DNA of 64,000 nucleotides from Eledone cirrhosa (taxonomy: Eukaryota): the NCBI GenBank assembly GCA_964016885.1, contig OZ024742.1:241614001-241678000 (forward strand), in the 5' to 3' direction. Positions within the stretch are counted from its first letter, which is position 1. The number at the start of each line of letters is the position of its first letter. Below, one piece after another: positions 39,543-54,720 of the stretch. The notes under the pieces were generated by a model. The model did not search any database and was not told where the DNA came from. It saw nothing but the letters and a program-made list of their open reading frames with translations. The translations under genes and the position numbers were made by a program.

Positions 39543-39546
<4 letters not shown>
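38709..39546 (-). mobile_element. Family L element: ~590-nt monomer with ~245-nt terminal direct repeat, within (TA)n
   Basis: 38711-38956 is nearly identical to 39301-39546. Confidence 0.88.
38881..39064 (-). ncRNA. Extended type I hammerhead with large loops II and III, family L
   Basis: ggtgccta-CTGAAGA-(~90 nt)-GAAA-caggttta (~50 nt) taaacttg-TC-taggcacc. Confidence 0.78.
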
Positions 39547-39610
<64 letters not shown>

Positions 39611-39619
39611 ATATATATA

Positions 39620-39686
<67 letters not shown>

Positions 39687-39766
39687 AAGTGAAATTACAG
39701 GATGCCAAATATGGTTAATATTGAAGAATGACCAATTCTACCAGTGGTAAACCTCCAAATTTAGAC

Positions 39767-40462
<696 letters not shown>

Positions 40463-40472
40463 AATTATATAT

Positions 40473-40625
40473 ATGCTTTGACGTATAGAGTTACGGCCCT
40501 TGCCATTCTGAGTTCAAATCCCGCCAAGGTTAACTTTGTCTTTCATCTTTACGGGGTCGATAAAATAAAGTACCAGTAATGCACTGGGTATTTGCTAGAC
40601 TTGTGCCTAACGTAGAAACAATTAT
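40473..40625 (+). mobile_element. tRNA-derived SINE, 5'-truncated
   Basis: Family consensus. Confidence 0.88.
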
Positions 40626-40656
40626 ATATCTATATATATCTATATATATATATATA

Positions 40657-40710
<54 letters not shown>

Positions 40711-40715
<5 letters not shown>

Positions 40716-41770
40716 AAGGCATGTATTGAGTTAGAAACTCAAAATAGTCTCTTACAATAAAATAGCTCTAGGAAAGAGGTTTTTCCGAGCCGTATAATAT
40801 AACTGAACAAAAAAGAAAAATGAACACAGACATATACATATATGTGTTCAAATCGTAAGGGACCAGATTCGCTAAGCTGAAAAGAATACTAGCTACAGAC
40901 AATAGGGTTTGCCTGACTCAATTTAAGAATAAATCAAACCAGAATTGTGGCAACTACCAATCACCCGGACAGTTTAGATAATACTGTTTCGCAATATTAA
41001 TTGTGAAGAGGAATACCAAAATTCTAGCTTATCAGCGGGTGAAGAATTATTAGTATCCTGGTAACTTTTAACTATATTAAAAAACTGGATATTGTGCGTA
41101 TATATAACGCACATGGTGCCATCACTTAGCGTGTCTCACAAACTCACGCGCCACTAAAAATAGCAGCCGGGTTTACTCGACATTTGAATTAGCTCGACGA
41201 ATTAACGGAGCCGAATATATAAAAGGCATGTATTGAGTTTTTGTTCAGTTATATTATACGGCTCGGAAAAACCTCTTTCCTAGAACTAATTTTATTGTAA
41301 GAGACTATTTTGAGTTTCTAACTCAATACATGCCTTTGATATATTCGGCTCCGTTAATTCGTCGAGCTAATTCAAACGTCGAGTAAAACCGGCTGCTATT
41401 TTTAGTGGCGTGAGTTTGCGAGACACGCTAAGTGCTGGCACCATGTGCGTTATATATACGCACACTATCCAGTTTTTTAATATACTTAGAAGTGACCAGG
41501 ATACTAATAATTCTTCACCCGCTGATAAGCTAGAATGTTGGAATTCCTCTTCACAATTAATATTGCGAAACAGTATTATCAAAACTGTCCGGGTGATTGG
41601 TAGTTGCCACAATTCTGGTTTGTATTTATTTTTCTTGATTTATTCTTAAATTGAGTCGAGCAAACCATATTGTCTGTAGTATTCTTTTCACCTTAGCGAA
41701 TCTGGTCCCTTACGATTTGGACACATATATGTATATGTTTGTGTTCATTTTTCTTTTTTGTTCAGTCATA
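40711..41770. mobile_element. Family B element: two inverted, differently permuted ~510-nt monomers, each with a hammerhead (40961-41042 minus; 41515-41596 plus; core CTGATAA)
   Basis: Terminal redundancy within each arm; strand switch at ~41239; (TA)n on both sides. Confidence 0.92.
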
Positions 41771-42143
41771 CTATATATATATATATATATATATATAGTA
41801 TGACTGATATATATATATATTAGGTATAAATATATTATATATATATGTATATATACAAGTATATGAAGGTGCGCAGACTCGTGGTTAAATTATCGACCAG
41901 AATCTTGAGCAAAACACTTTTCACTTTTCACTTTTCACGTTGCTGTATTCCACTTAGCTGAACACGAATACCAGATATAGATTGAGGCTTAAACATGCAA
42001 TAGATTTCTGTCATAACCGGCGGGAAGGTCAGAGATGAAGGGTGGTATGTATCTTGTACGGTCTGTTGCTTAACGCATATGAAACCGCGGTAATCTCCGG
42101 TGTGATGAGCTTCTGAGTTTAGAACAGACTTTAACCTTTCTTT

Positions 42144-42185
<42 letters not shown>

Positions 42186-42275
42186 GGAAAAAATGAAACA
42201 AAATTTCATTTCCCACTCTTCGTACGGCTGTATGAGATGTGATGTGAGAAAAACCAGACCCTCCACCTCAACTCA

Positions 42276-42313
42276 CCTTTTGAAAAGCAGAAGAACTGCG
42301 AAACCGGTAAAGG
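42276..42313 (+). ncRNA. Minimal hammerhead with U3-A8 core variant, family H (element ~42181-42455)
   Basis: cctt-TTGAAAA-gcag aagaa ctgc-GAAA-ccgg-TA-aagg. Confidence 0.75.
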
Positions 42314-42449
42314 AACCAAATAAATATATATATTTTTAAAAAAAATAAGACTTCAGTTGCATTTTCGATTTCATCCCTTTTTCTTTATACTTCCACTCGT
42401 GTAGGACACCTCGGTTATTTTTCATTTTGTAAAAAAAAAAAAACCTCAC

Positions 42450-42629
<180 letters not shown>

Positions 42630-42758
42630 TCTCAGTGTGTTTGGCCTTTAACGTTTGTTATAGCTCTGGTTCATCGGAATCATTGAGCACTTGCCACACA
42701 TCTCGGAGGTTGTTTTTCGTTATTTCGTGGGCCGAAATACGATTCTTGATAATTTATT

Positions 42759-42805
<47 letters not shown>

Positions 42806-42808
<3 letters not shown>

Positions 42809-43890
42809 TATATATTACACAAAGAGAAATGTGTTACACAGTGAGAAGTGTGTAAAGAATTATTACAAGTGATTTTACCGTTACTGTATAGGGAACAATA
42901 TCTACAGGTAAGCAATTAAATAGAAAAAAAACCAGATCAGAATCAAATCTCTGGATTGGAATTTTAAATCACAAACCTTATAACTATATTTTGCTGATAC
43001 GAACCTAGTTTTTCGTTTCACCATTTATATGTGTCACCACCTATATGTGTAGAATAACAGTCCAACATGGATCATCAGTCAGCAAAATGCGAGACTGAAT
43101 CCTGCACATCTAACCTTCATAGCTAGAGAGATTGCAAATAGACACGCTGGCCAGAGTGGGCGAAATCACGTGTTATTCGAATCAAATAACGGCTCTCATG
43201 GATTGGGGAGGATGCTAGAAAGTACAGCCCAACCATGCGAATTATTAGCTCAACAATTTGGAGCTCATTAATTATACAAAAATCGGAATTAAGAGTATTC
43301 CGCAGTTCACTGTAATAATAATAATAATAATAGTATTATTAGCTCAAAGAAGAATAGAGAATTTCCTTCCGAGCTCAAATGCAAGTATATATTACACAAA
43401 GAGAAATGTGTTACACAGTGAGAAGTGTGTAAAGAATTATTACAAGTAATTTTACCGTTACTGTATAGGGAACAATATCTACAGGTAAGCAATTAAATAG
43501 AAAAAAACCAGATCAGAATCAAATCTCTGTTATTCTACACATATAGGTGGTGACACATATAAGTGGTGAAACGAAGCTAGGGTCGTATCAGCAAAATATA
43601 GTTATAAGGTTTGTGATTTAAAATTCCAATCCAGAGATTTGATTCTGATCTGGTTTTTTTCTATTTAATTGCTAACCTGTAGATATTGTTCTCTGTACAG
43701 TTACGGTAAAATCACTTGTAATAATTCTTTACACACTTCTCACTGTGTAACACATTTCTCTTTGTGTAATATATACTTACATTTGAGCTCAGAAGGAAAT
43801 TCTCTATTCTTCTTTGAGCTAATAATACTATTATTATTATTATTATTATTACAGTGAACTGCGGAATACTCTTAATTCCGATTTTTGTAT
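42806..43890. mobile_element. Family F element: 577-nt monomer plus ~147-nt redundancy plus inverted arm
   Basis: 42806-42953 is repeated at 43383-43529; 43527-43890 is inverted; (TA)n on both sides. Confidence 0.92.
42988..43088 (-). ncRNA. Type I hammerhead ribozyme, family F, intact core
   Basis: ttttgctga-CTGATGA-t ccat...atgg t-GAAA-cgaa..ttcg-TA-tcagcaaaa. Confidence 0.88.
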
Positions 43891-44005
43891 ATATATATAT
43901 ATATATCTATATATATATATATAGATATATATATATATATAGATAGATATATATTTGTAGACACACACTCGTACAAGCACACACGTACAAGCACACACGT
44001 ACAAA

Positions 44006-44090
<85 letters not shown>

Positions 44091-44370
44091 ACACACACTC
44101 ACACACATTTTCATTTAGAATCTGTGAACGCGCACACACACACACACACATACACACACACATTTTCATTTAGAATCTGTGAACGCAAGAATGAGTACTC
44201 ATTTACTGGAATAGCGATAGATCGTTGATCTAGTGTCTTGCTATTCTAGAGTTTCTCTTTCGTCTTACGGGTTCCATTTGCGGGTTTCTCAAACAGCTTA
44301 AGATCCAACCTGGAACTGTCTGACAAATTTGTATTATGCATGGGAATCACTAATAGGCTACTGGATAAAC

Positions 44371-44425
<55 letters not shown>

Positions 44426-44574
44426 TAGATAGATAGATATAGATATATATACATATATATATATATACACACACACATTCATTTTTATTTTCATTTTTAT
44501 CATTATATTGTATCTTTATTCGTAACATCCCTCCTTACTCCCTCTTGGTGTTCCTCTTCTTCCACTATCCGAAC

Positions 44575-44610
44575 CTTCCCGATGAATGACTTATGTCCGA
44601 AACGTTGAAA
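44575..44610 (+). ncRNA. Degenerate Penelope-style minimal hammerhead motif
   Basis: CCGATGA-atgacttatgtcc-GAAA-cg-TT-gaa; U4 mutated. Confidence 0.45.
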
Positions 44611-44692
44611 CATCCTCCATTTTCACAAAGCGTGAACTTAATATAACTGCGTACAAATGCCTCCTGTATTTTGCACGTTCATTTATATCCTG

Positions 44693-44795
<103 letters not shown>

Positions 44796-44933
44796 AAGAG
44801 CGGGATCTGTACCTTCTCTACATCTCCGCATGTATTCAGTACTCACATGATTAAGTCTCCTCGGTCTCAGCACCACAGACTCTCTCTTTTACTCTCTCTC
44901 TCTCTCTCTGTCTTTCTCTTTCTCTCTCTCTCT

Positions 44934-44982
<49 letters not shown>

Positions 44983-44987
44983 CATAC

Positions 44988-45036
<49 letters not shown>

Positions 45037-45101
45037 TATGTACACGTACAGAGATATATGTATACACGTACATACATATATATATATATATATAAATACA
45101 T

Positions 45102-45163
<62 letters not shown>

Positions 45164-45164
45164 G

Positions 45165-45221
<57 letters not shown>

Positions 45222-45844
45222 TTTTAGCCTAAGAAAATATCTATATGCGTGTGTAATTAATACACGCATGCATTTATTTTTTTAATTTCAATTGAGTTCT
45301 TAACACGTTGGATTGATAATGTTTTTTGAAAAAACTAATTAACCCGCGTGAATATTATTTTTTTCTTTTCTCGTGTATTGGTTATCTCCCCTTCCCGCTT
45401 CGTGACGCTATAATACTTCCTCAGTCAAAAACTGCTGGAATTTCAAATTTGGCGGTCATTCGATGCGTGAGGGAGCAGCTTAGCCGACACGATTTTTAAC
45501 TGCGGTAAGAATTTTTTCTTATATCAAAGTTTAATGGGCTTCTACTGATGATTTATAAACGCCCACCTAAATATATTCTTACATGAATATATGTTAGGCT
45601 TCTACATAAACTGGAAATATTCTCCTAATTTGTAGAAAACTTATAATGAAACAATTGTTTGGAAAGAGAGATATATTAAACTTTAATTATATCTCATAAA
45701 ATAATACAACTGGCTTTCCACATAATACATATAGTTAGCACCCCAAACACTTAAATTGGGTTTATACTAACATATAACCTAATGTTTGTTGAGTGAGATG
45801 GTTGCCAGTCAGAGTTTAGCTTTAAGCTATCTCTGTTATTGTAT

Positions 45845-46600
<756 letters not shown>

Positions 46601-46645
46601 CATATATATATATATATATATATAAATACATACATATATATATAT

Positions 46646-47334
46646 ATATATTGGTAAACGGAATAGAAAATGCTGACAAATTGTTCACAGTGAAAAATAG
46701 TTTAATTAGGAATAAATGAGAATTAGTAATTGTATTGGTTAGTAATCAGTTTTGGTTTTAAATTTTACCGGTTGCGCATTTCTAAATGCTTTTCAAAAAT
46801 AATTTTGAGATAGAGCGTCTGTGATGTTTGCTCTGATCTGATTAGTTTTGGGAATTCTACCTGTTTTTATGTTAAAATAGTGGCTCCAGCGCTATTAGAA
46901 TTGGTTTTTTGCGCCAATTCGTGTTGCAAAAATTCTTGTGGTCAAAACAATTTTGATTGGTCGGTAGAGGTCATGTGAATGCAAAAAATTGATTTTGCGC
47001 CAAGACTGAGAAATGACTCTTTCACAACAAATATGTGTGTGTGTAGTAGTAGTAAAGTGTTCGTTGTTGTGATAATGGTTAGCAGGGAAGTGTGTGCGAA
47101 CAGCAGCCTGTTGACAGTTCAAATGCCTATTAAGACAAGTGTGGGTGTGTGTGTGTGTGTGTGTGTGAAATGCGCAACCAGGTAAAACTTAAAACCAAAA
47201 CTGATTACTAACCAATACAATTACTAATTCTCATTTATTCCTAATTAAACTATTTTTCACTGTGAACAATTTGTCAGCATTTTCTATTCCGTTTACCAAT
47301 ATATAATAACTTGTGTGTTACACCTCTATTCTTT

Positions 47335-47340
<6 letters not shown>
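46646..47340. mobile_element. Family J element: ~137-bp inverted arms plus tail; hammerhead-like motif 46762-46800 (minus)
   Basis: Arms 46646-46782 / 47167-47303; attt-TTGAAAA-gcatt..aatgc-GCAA-ccgg-TA-aaat. Confidence 0.8.
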
Positions 47341-47427
<87 letters not shown>

Positions 47428-47624
47428 CTTTTCCCTGAGTCGGTTTTTTCGTTGTTCTGGTCCTAGGGGCTTGCTTTTCGGTCGCTGGCTTCAATTTGCA
47501 TAGCTGTCTAAACTTAATGTTATAACTCTAAGGTAAAATTCCTTATTGGGTGCTTTTGGCTGCACTTCCCGACACCATTCGTTAACTTGCCCGCAACCAG
47601 AGCTTCGATTATGCTGTACTACCT

Positions 47625-47689
<65 letters not shown>

Positions 47690-47693
<4 letters not shown>

Positions 47694-47842
47694 AACGAGT
47701 AGGACCCCGACGGCTGAGCTCAAGCCGTTTCGACGGCTAATTCTGGACTATTACCCACTCCTATTACCCACTATACTACCCTAAGTATTGAGTACTTTGG
47801 TGCGTTATGGTCCATCTGGTTCCTTACCATATTTCCTTCGTT
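47690..47842 (+). mobile_element. Family C element (one arm plus tail)
   Basis: Homologous to 7987-8156 and 52101-52292; (TA)n on both sides. Confidence 0.85.
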
Positions 47843-47868
47843 ATATATATATATATATATATATATAT

Positions 47869-48868
47869 AAGTAGGTACATGTACATACACATATGTATAC
47901 AGACGTACAGTAGTATGTATATATATATATATACATACATGCACATATATATATATATATATATGTACGTATGGATTCACCGAACATTTATTATAATGCA
48001 CGGTGTGTTTGTAAACAAACATCCCGTATTAAGCCGTAGTGTCTAGCAACCATCGTTGCTCGTTTGTTCAACACTGACAAAGGAACGCTGTACTAGTTTC
48101 AAGCTTATTAGCTATCCTCAGCAACGTATACCTTCCTGCCAGATTGTTGAACGTATATACTTACCTTATGCATATTAAGGGCTGAGTAGCCCAATTTGCA
48201 TATCGAGTGGGTTAATCGGCCGGGTGCACCGAAAACGATAAACGGAAAAAATGAAACAAAATTTCATTTCCCACTCTTAGTACGGCTGTTACTTATATAT
48301 AAGTAGGTACACGTACATACACATATGTATACATACGTACAGTAGTATGTATATATATATATACATACATGCACACATATATATATATATATGTACGTAT
48401 GGATTCACCGAACATTTATTATAATGCTCGGTGTGTTTGTAAACAAACATCCCGTATTAAGCCGTAGTGTCTAGCAACCATCGTTGCTCGTTTGTTCAAC
48501 ACTGACAAAGGAACGAGGCATAAGGTAAGTATATACGTTCAACAATCTGGCAGGAAGGTATACGTTGTTGACGATAGCTAATAAGCTTGAAACTAGTACA
48601 GCGTTCCTTTGTCAGTGTTGAACAAACGAGCAACGATGGTTGCTAGTCACTACGGCTTAATACGGGATGTTTGTTTACAAACACACCGAGCATTATAATA
48701 AATGTTCGGTGAATCCATACGTACATATATATATATGTGTGCATGTATGTATATATATATATACATACTACTGTACGTCTGTATACATATGTGTATGTAC
48801 GTGTACCTACTTATATTTAAGTAACAGCCGTACTAATAGTGGGAAATGAAATTTCGTTTCATTTTTTA
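47869..48868. mobile_element. Family G element: 432-nt monomer plus ~215-nt redundancy plus inverted arm
   Basis: aagtaggtac at 47869 and 48301; 48518-48868 is inverted. Confidence 0.92.
48085..48127 (-). ncRNA. Minimal type I hammerhead, family G, intact core (second copy 48562-48604 plus, core TTGACGA)
   Basis: acgttg-CTGAGGA-t agct aata agct t-GAAA-ctag-TA-cagcgt. Confidence 0.88.
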
Positions 48869-49543
48869 TATATATATATATATATACATACACACACACA
48901 CACACACATATATATATACACACACATATATATATATATATAATAACCATACATGAATACATACACATAGGTCTAGCCATCTCTGTATCTGTCTTTCTGT
49001 CTGTCTATCAGTCACAGTGACTATGAAGATACTAACCAGTCAATACGCCCTTTCACTATCTGTTCTCACTCCACTACAAATCCACAATAAATATTTAAAT
49101 ATTTACCAACTACAGCTGTGGGTACTTGATATGCATCGCTTCGCCAGATCGATTACTTGGAAGAAATCGATACAAATTAATGCTCACTTGCATTCGCTTC
49201 ATTCCTCCTTCATTTTCTCGTTTTCTTCCTGTTTTGTTTTTTTTACCAGCTAAAATTTTCCCCTCTTTTTCTTTTCTTTCTTTCTCTACTTCTACGCGTG
49301 TCTCTATCTCTCTCTCTCTCTCTATTTCTATCTTTCTCTATCTTTCTCTCTCTCTCTCTCTATCTCTATCTTTCTCTCTCTGTCTCTATCTCTCTATCTC
49401 TATCTCTCTGTCTCTATCTTTCTCTCTGTCTCTATCTTTCTCTCATTGCCTTCATCAGTGTTACATATATTTCTCTCTTGGTCACTGTTTCTTCCCCCCT
49501 CTCTCTTTCTCTCTCTCTCTCTATCTATCTATTTATCTATTTG

Positions 49544-49626
<83 letters not shown>

Positions 49627-49690
49627 CTTTCTCTCTCGCTATCTATCTATCTATCTGACTGTCCGTCTGCCTGTCTAACTCTCACTGTGT

Positions 49691-49755
<65 letters not shown>

Positions 49756-49926
49756 ATCTGTCTGTCTATTCGTTTGCTTGTCCTGTCAGCCCGTTCTTCT
49801 TTCTGTCTGTCTTCATTTTCTTTCTTTCTTTCCTTCTTTCTTTCCTTCTTTCTTTCCTTCTTTCTTTCCTTCTTTCTTTCTTTCTTTCTTTCTTGCATTC
49901 TTTCTTACTTTGTTACTTCCTCTCCG

Positions 49927-49957
<31 letters not shown>

Positions 49958-50117
49958 TCATATACCCCCCCCCCCCACACACACTTATATATCTGTATCC
50001 TTTCTACCTCGCCTATCTCTCCCTCTGACATCACAACCTTTAAGAGTATTATTTTATTTATATTTTCATTATCTCTATCTCTTCCTCTATTGTCTTATGC
50101 ACCTCAGCCAGCATTAT

Positions 50118-50307
50118 GTGGATTGGCAGTATCGGTAGAGGGTCGGACGCCATGCTTTGACGCATAGAGTTACGGCCCTTACCATTCTGAGTTCAAATCC
50201 CGCCGAGGTTAACTTTGCCTTTCATCCTTACGGGGTCGATAAAATAAAGTACCAGTAATACACTGGCGTAATTGCTGGCCTTGTGCCAAAAGTAGAAACA
50301 ATTATTA
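50118..50307 (+). mobile_element. tRNA-derived SINE, full length, near consensus
   Basis: A and B boxes, core, attatta tail. Confidence 0.92.
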
Positions 50308-50339
50308 CCTTTACACATGCATTCACTTTAACACACACG

Positions 50340-50466
50340 CACATATGTATATATATACCTACACTTGTACACAGATAAACACACATATATAAGTACGCTT
50401 GTACACATACACACACGCATATATACGTACAGCTGTACACAGATACACACACAGACACACACACAT

Positions 50467-50514
<48 letters not shown>

Positions 50515-51481
50515 GTACACTTGAACACAGATACACATATATACATACAATTGTACACAAATACAGACACACACATACACACACATATATATATATATAT
50601 ACGTACACTTGTACACAGATATACACACACATGTATACGTACACTTGTACACAGATACACACACATATATATATACTTACACTTGGACACGAACACACGC
50701 ATATATATATACTTACACTTGTACATGAACACACACACACATATATATATACGTACACTTGTACACAGGCACACACATATATACGTACAATTGTACACAG
50801 AAACACATATATATACGTACGCTTGTACACAGATATACACACACATATATTATATATATATATACGTATAATTGTACACATACACACACATATATATATA
50901 TATATATATACGTACACTTGTACACAGACACACACATATATATATACGTACACTTGTACACAGATACACACACACATATATTATATATATATATACGTAT
51001 AATTGTACACATACACACACATATATATATATATATATACGTACACTTGTACACAGACACACATATATATATACGTACACTTGTACACAGATACACACAC
51101 ACATATATTATATATATATATACGTATAATTGTACACATACACACACATATATATATATATATATACGTACACTTGTACACAGACACACATATATATATA
51201 CGTACACTTGTACACAGATACACACACACATATATTATATATATATATACGTATAATTGTACACATATACACACACATATATATATATATATATACGTAC
51301 ACTTGTACACAGACACACACACATATATACGTACACTTGTACACAGATACACACACACACATATATTATATATATATATATACGTATAATTGTACACATA
51401 CACACACACATATATATATATATATACGTACACTTGTACACAGACACACACACATATATATACGTACACTTGTACACAGAT

Positions 51482-51535
<54 letters not shown>

Positions 51536-51850
51536 GTATAATTGTACACATATACACACACATATATATATATATACGTACACTTGTACACAGATACACA
51601 CACACATATATATATGTACACTTGTACACAGATACACACACACATATATTATATATATATATACGTATAATTTTACACATACACACACACACATATATAT
51701 ATATACGTATAATTGTACACATACACACACACATATATATATATATACGTATAATTGTACACATATACACACACATATATATATATATACGTACACTTGT
51801 ATACAACACACACATATATACGTATGCTTGTACACAGACACAAGCATGAA
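50340..51850. repeat. Microsatellite-derived minisatellite (~40-bp unit tacgtacacttgtacacaga(ca)n(ta)n) with a ~127-bp higher-order repeat
   Basis: A three-subunit block recurs with period 127, 127, 131 across ~50850-51400. Confidence 0.88.
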
Positions 51851-52100
51851 TTGACACACATACACACACATGACACATATCGCACAAATATACACATAAA
51901 AACATATTTATCTATACACACACATATATACATATAAAGATATTTATCTATACACACACATATATATACATATAGAGATATTTATCTATACACACACATA
52001 TATATATATATATACATATAGAGATATTTAGCTATACACACACATATATATATATAGAGAGAGAGAGATATGTAGCTATACACACACACACATATATATA

Positions 52101-52292
52101 TAGGAACAATTAAGACCCCGACGGCTGAGCTCAAGCCGTTTCGACGGCTAATTCTGTACAGAATTAGCCATCGAAACGGCTTGAGCTCAGCCGTCGGGGT
52201 CTTATTTGTTCCTATACCCACTCTACTACCCTAAGTATTGAGTACTTTGGTGCGTTATGGTCCACCTGGTTCCTTACCACATTTCCTTCGTT
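52101..52292 (+). mobile_element. Family C fold-back element, loopless palindrome centred on TGTACA, plus tail
   Basis: Arms 52101-52157 / 52158-52214. Confidence 0.88.
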
Positions 52293-52881
52293 ATATATGT
52301 ACATATAGAGATATTTATCTATGCACACACATATACACATTCATACGCACAGACATGTAGTCTCACGCAAACGATCATACCAGACACACACATACACATG
52401 CTCATACACACATACATACACACGCACATACACACGCACACATACACATGCACATACACACACATACACGCACATATACACACGCACATACACACACACA
52501 TACACGCACAGATACACACGCACATACACACACATAAACACACAAATACACATGCACATACACACACACATACATGCACACACACACACGCACATACACA
52601 CACATACACACACACATGCATACATACATATACACACACACACATCCACACACACACACAATAATACAGACACACACACACATACATACATACATACATA
52701 CATACATACATACATACATACATACATACATACATACATACATACATACATACATACATACACACACATGTGTATATGTACAGTCAAAACCAGAAACGTA
52801 GTTTTCTTCTCTATATTTGTGTTTCTCCCTCATTCCACCATTTATTATACACTCACCCCTACTCTCTCTTATTCACCTCTC

Positions 52882-52923
<42 letters not shown>

Positions 52924-53079
52924 AGCTTTCTATTACCCCTCTCGTCCCCTTACTCACCCCCAGTCTCATTAGCTCTCTCACCCATTCTCTACTATTCACT
53001 TTCGAATCCATTCATTTTTTCCCGTTCACTCTCTCCCTTATTTACTCTCACATACTCCCACTCATCCACACTCTCTCTC

Positions 53080-54720
53080 ATTCACTCTCTCCCATTCACT
53101 CTCTCCCATAAACTCTCTTCCATACACTCTCTCCCATACACTCTCTCCCATACACTCTCTCCCATAAACTCTCTGCCACACACTCTCTCTCATACACTCT
53201 CTCTCATTGACTCTCTCCCATTCACTCTCTCCCATAAACTCTCTCCCATAAACTCTCTCCCATACACTCTCTCCCATTCACTCTCTCCCATTCACTCTCT
53301 CCCATACACTCTCTCCCATACACTCTCTCCCATACACTCTCTCCCACACACTCTCTCTCATTCACTCTCTCCCATTCACTCTCTCCCATAAACTCTCTCC
53401 CATAAACTCTCTCCCATACACTCTCTCCCATACACTCTCTCCAATAAACTCTCTCCCATACACTCTCTCCCATTCGCTCTCTCCCATTCACTCTCTCTCA
53501 TACACTCTCTCCCATTCACTCTCTCCCATTCGCTCTCTCCCATTCACTCTCTCCCATTCACTCTCTCTCATTCACTCTCTCCCATTCACTCTCTCCCATA
53601 CACTCTCTCCCATACACTCTCTCCCATACACTCTCTCCCATACACTCTCTCTCATTCACTCTCTCCCATACACTCTCTCCCATACACTCTCTCTCATTCA
53701 CTCTCTCCCATACACTCTCTCTCATTCACTCTCTCTCATTCACTCTCTCCCATTCACTCTCTCCCATACACTCTCTCTCATTCACTCTCTCCCATTCACT
53801 CTCTCCCATACACTCTCTCCCATTCACTCTCTCCCATTCACTCTCTCCCATACACTCTCTCCCATACACTCTCTCCCATTCACTCTCTCCCATACACTCT
53901 CTCCCATACACTCTCTCCCATTGACTCTCTCTCATACACTCTCTCCCATAAACTCTCTGCCACACACTCTCTCTCATTCACTCTCTCCCATACACTCTCT
54001 CCCATACACTCTCTCTCATTCACTCTCTCCCATACACTCTCTCTCATTCACTCTCTCTCATTCACTCTCTCCCATTCACTCTCTCCCATACACTCTCTCC
54101 CATACACTCTCTCCCATACACTCTCTCCCATACACTCTCTCTCATTCACTCTCTCTCATTCACTCTCTCCCATACACTCTCTCCCATACACTCTCTCCCA
54201 TTCACTCTCTCCCATTCACTCTCTCCCATACACTCTCTCCCATTCACTCTCTCCCATACACTCTCTCCCATACACTCTCTCCCATTCACTCTCTCTCATA
54301 CACTCTCTCCCATAAACTCTCTGCCACACACTCTCTCTCATTCACTCTCTCTCATACACTCTCTCTCATACACTCTCTCTCATACACACTCTCCCATACA
54401 CTCTCTCGCATTCACTCTCTCCCATACACTCTCTCCCATACACTCTCTCCCATACACTCTCTCCCATACACTCTCTCTCATTCACTCTCTCCCATTCACT
54501 CTCTCCCATACACTCTCTCCCATTCACTCTCTCCCATACACTCTCTCTCATACACACTCTGCCATACACTCTCTCGCATTCACTCTCTCCCATACACTCT
54601 CTCCCATACACTCTCTCCCATTCACTCTCTCCCATACACTCTCTCTCATTCACTCTCTCTCATACACTCTCTCTCATACACTCTCTCTCATACACACTCT
54701 CCCATACACTCTCTCGCAAA
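53080..54720. repeat. 14-bp minisatellite CCCAT(A/T)CACTCTCT, roughly 115 units
   Basis: Direct reading of the periodicity. Confidence 0.95.
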
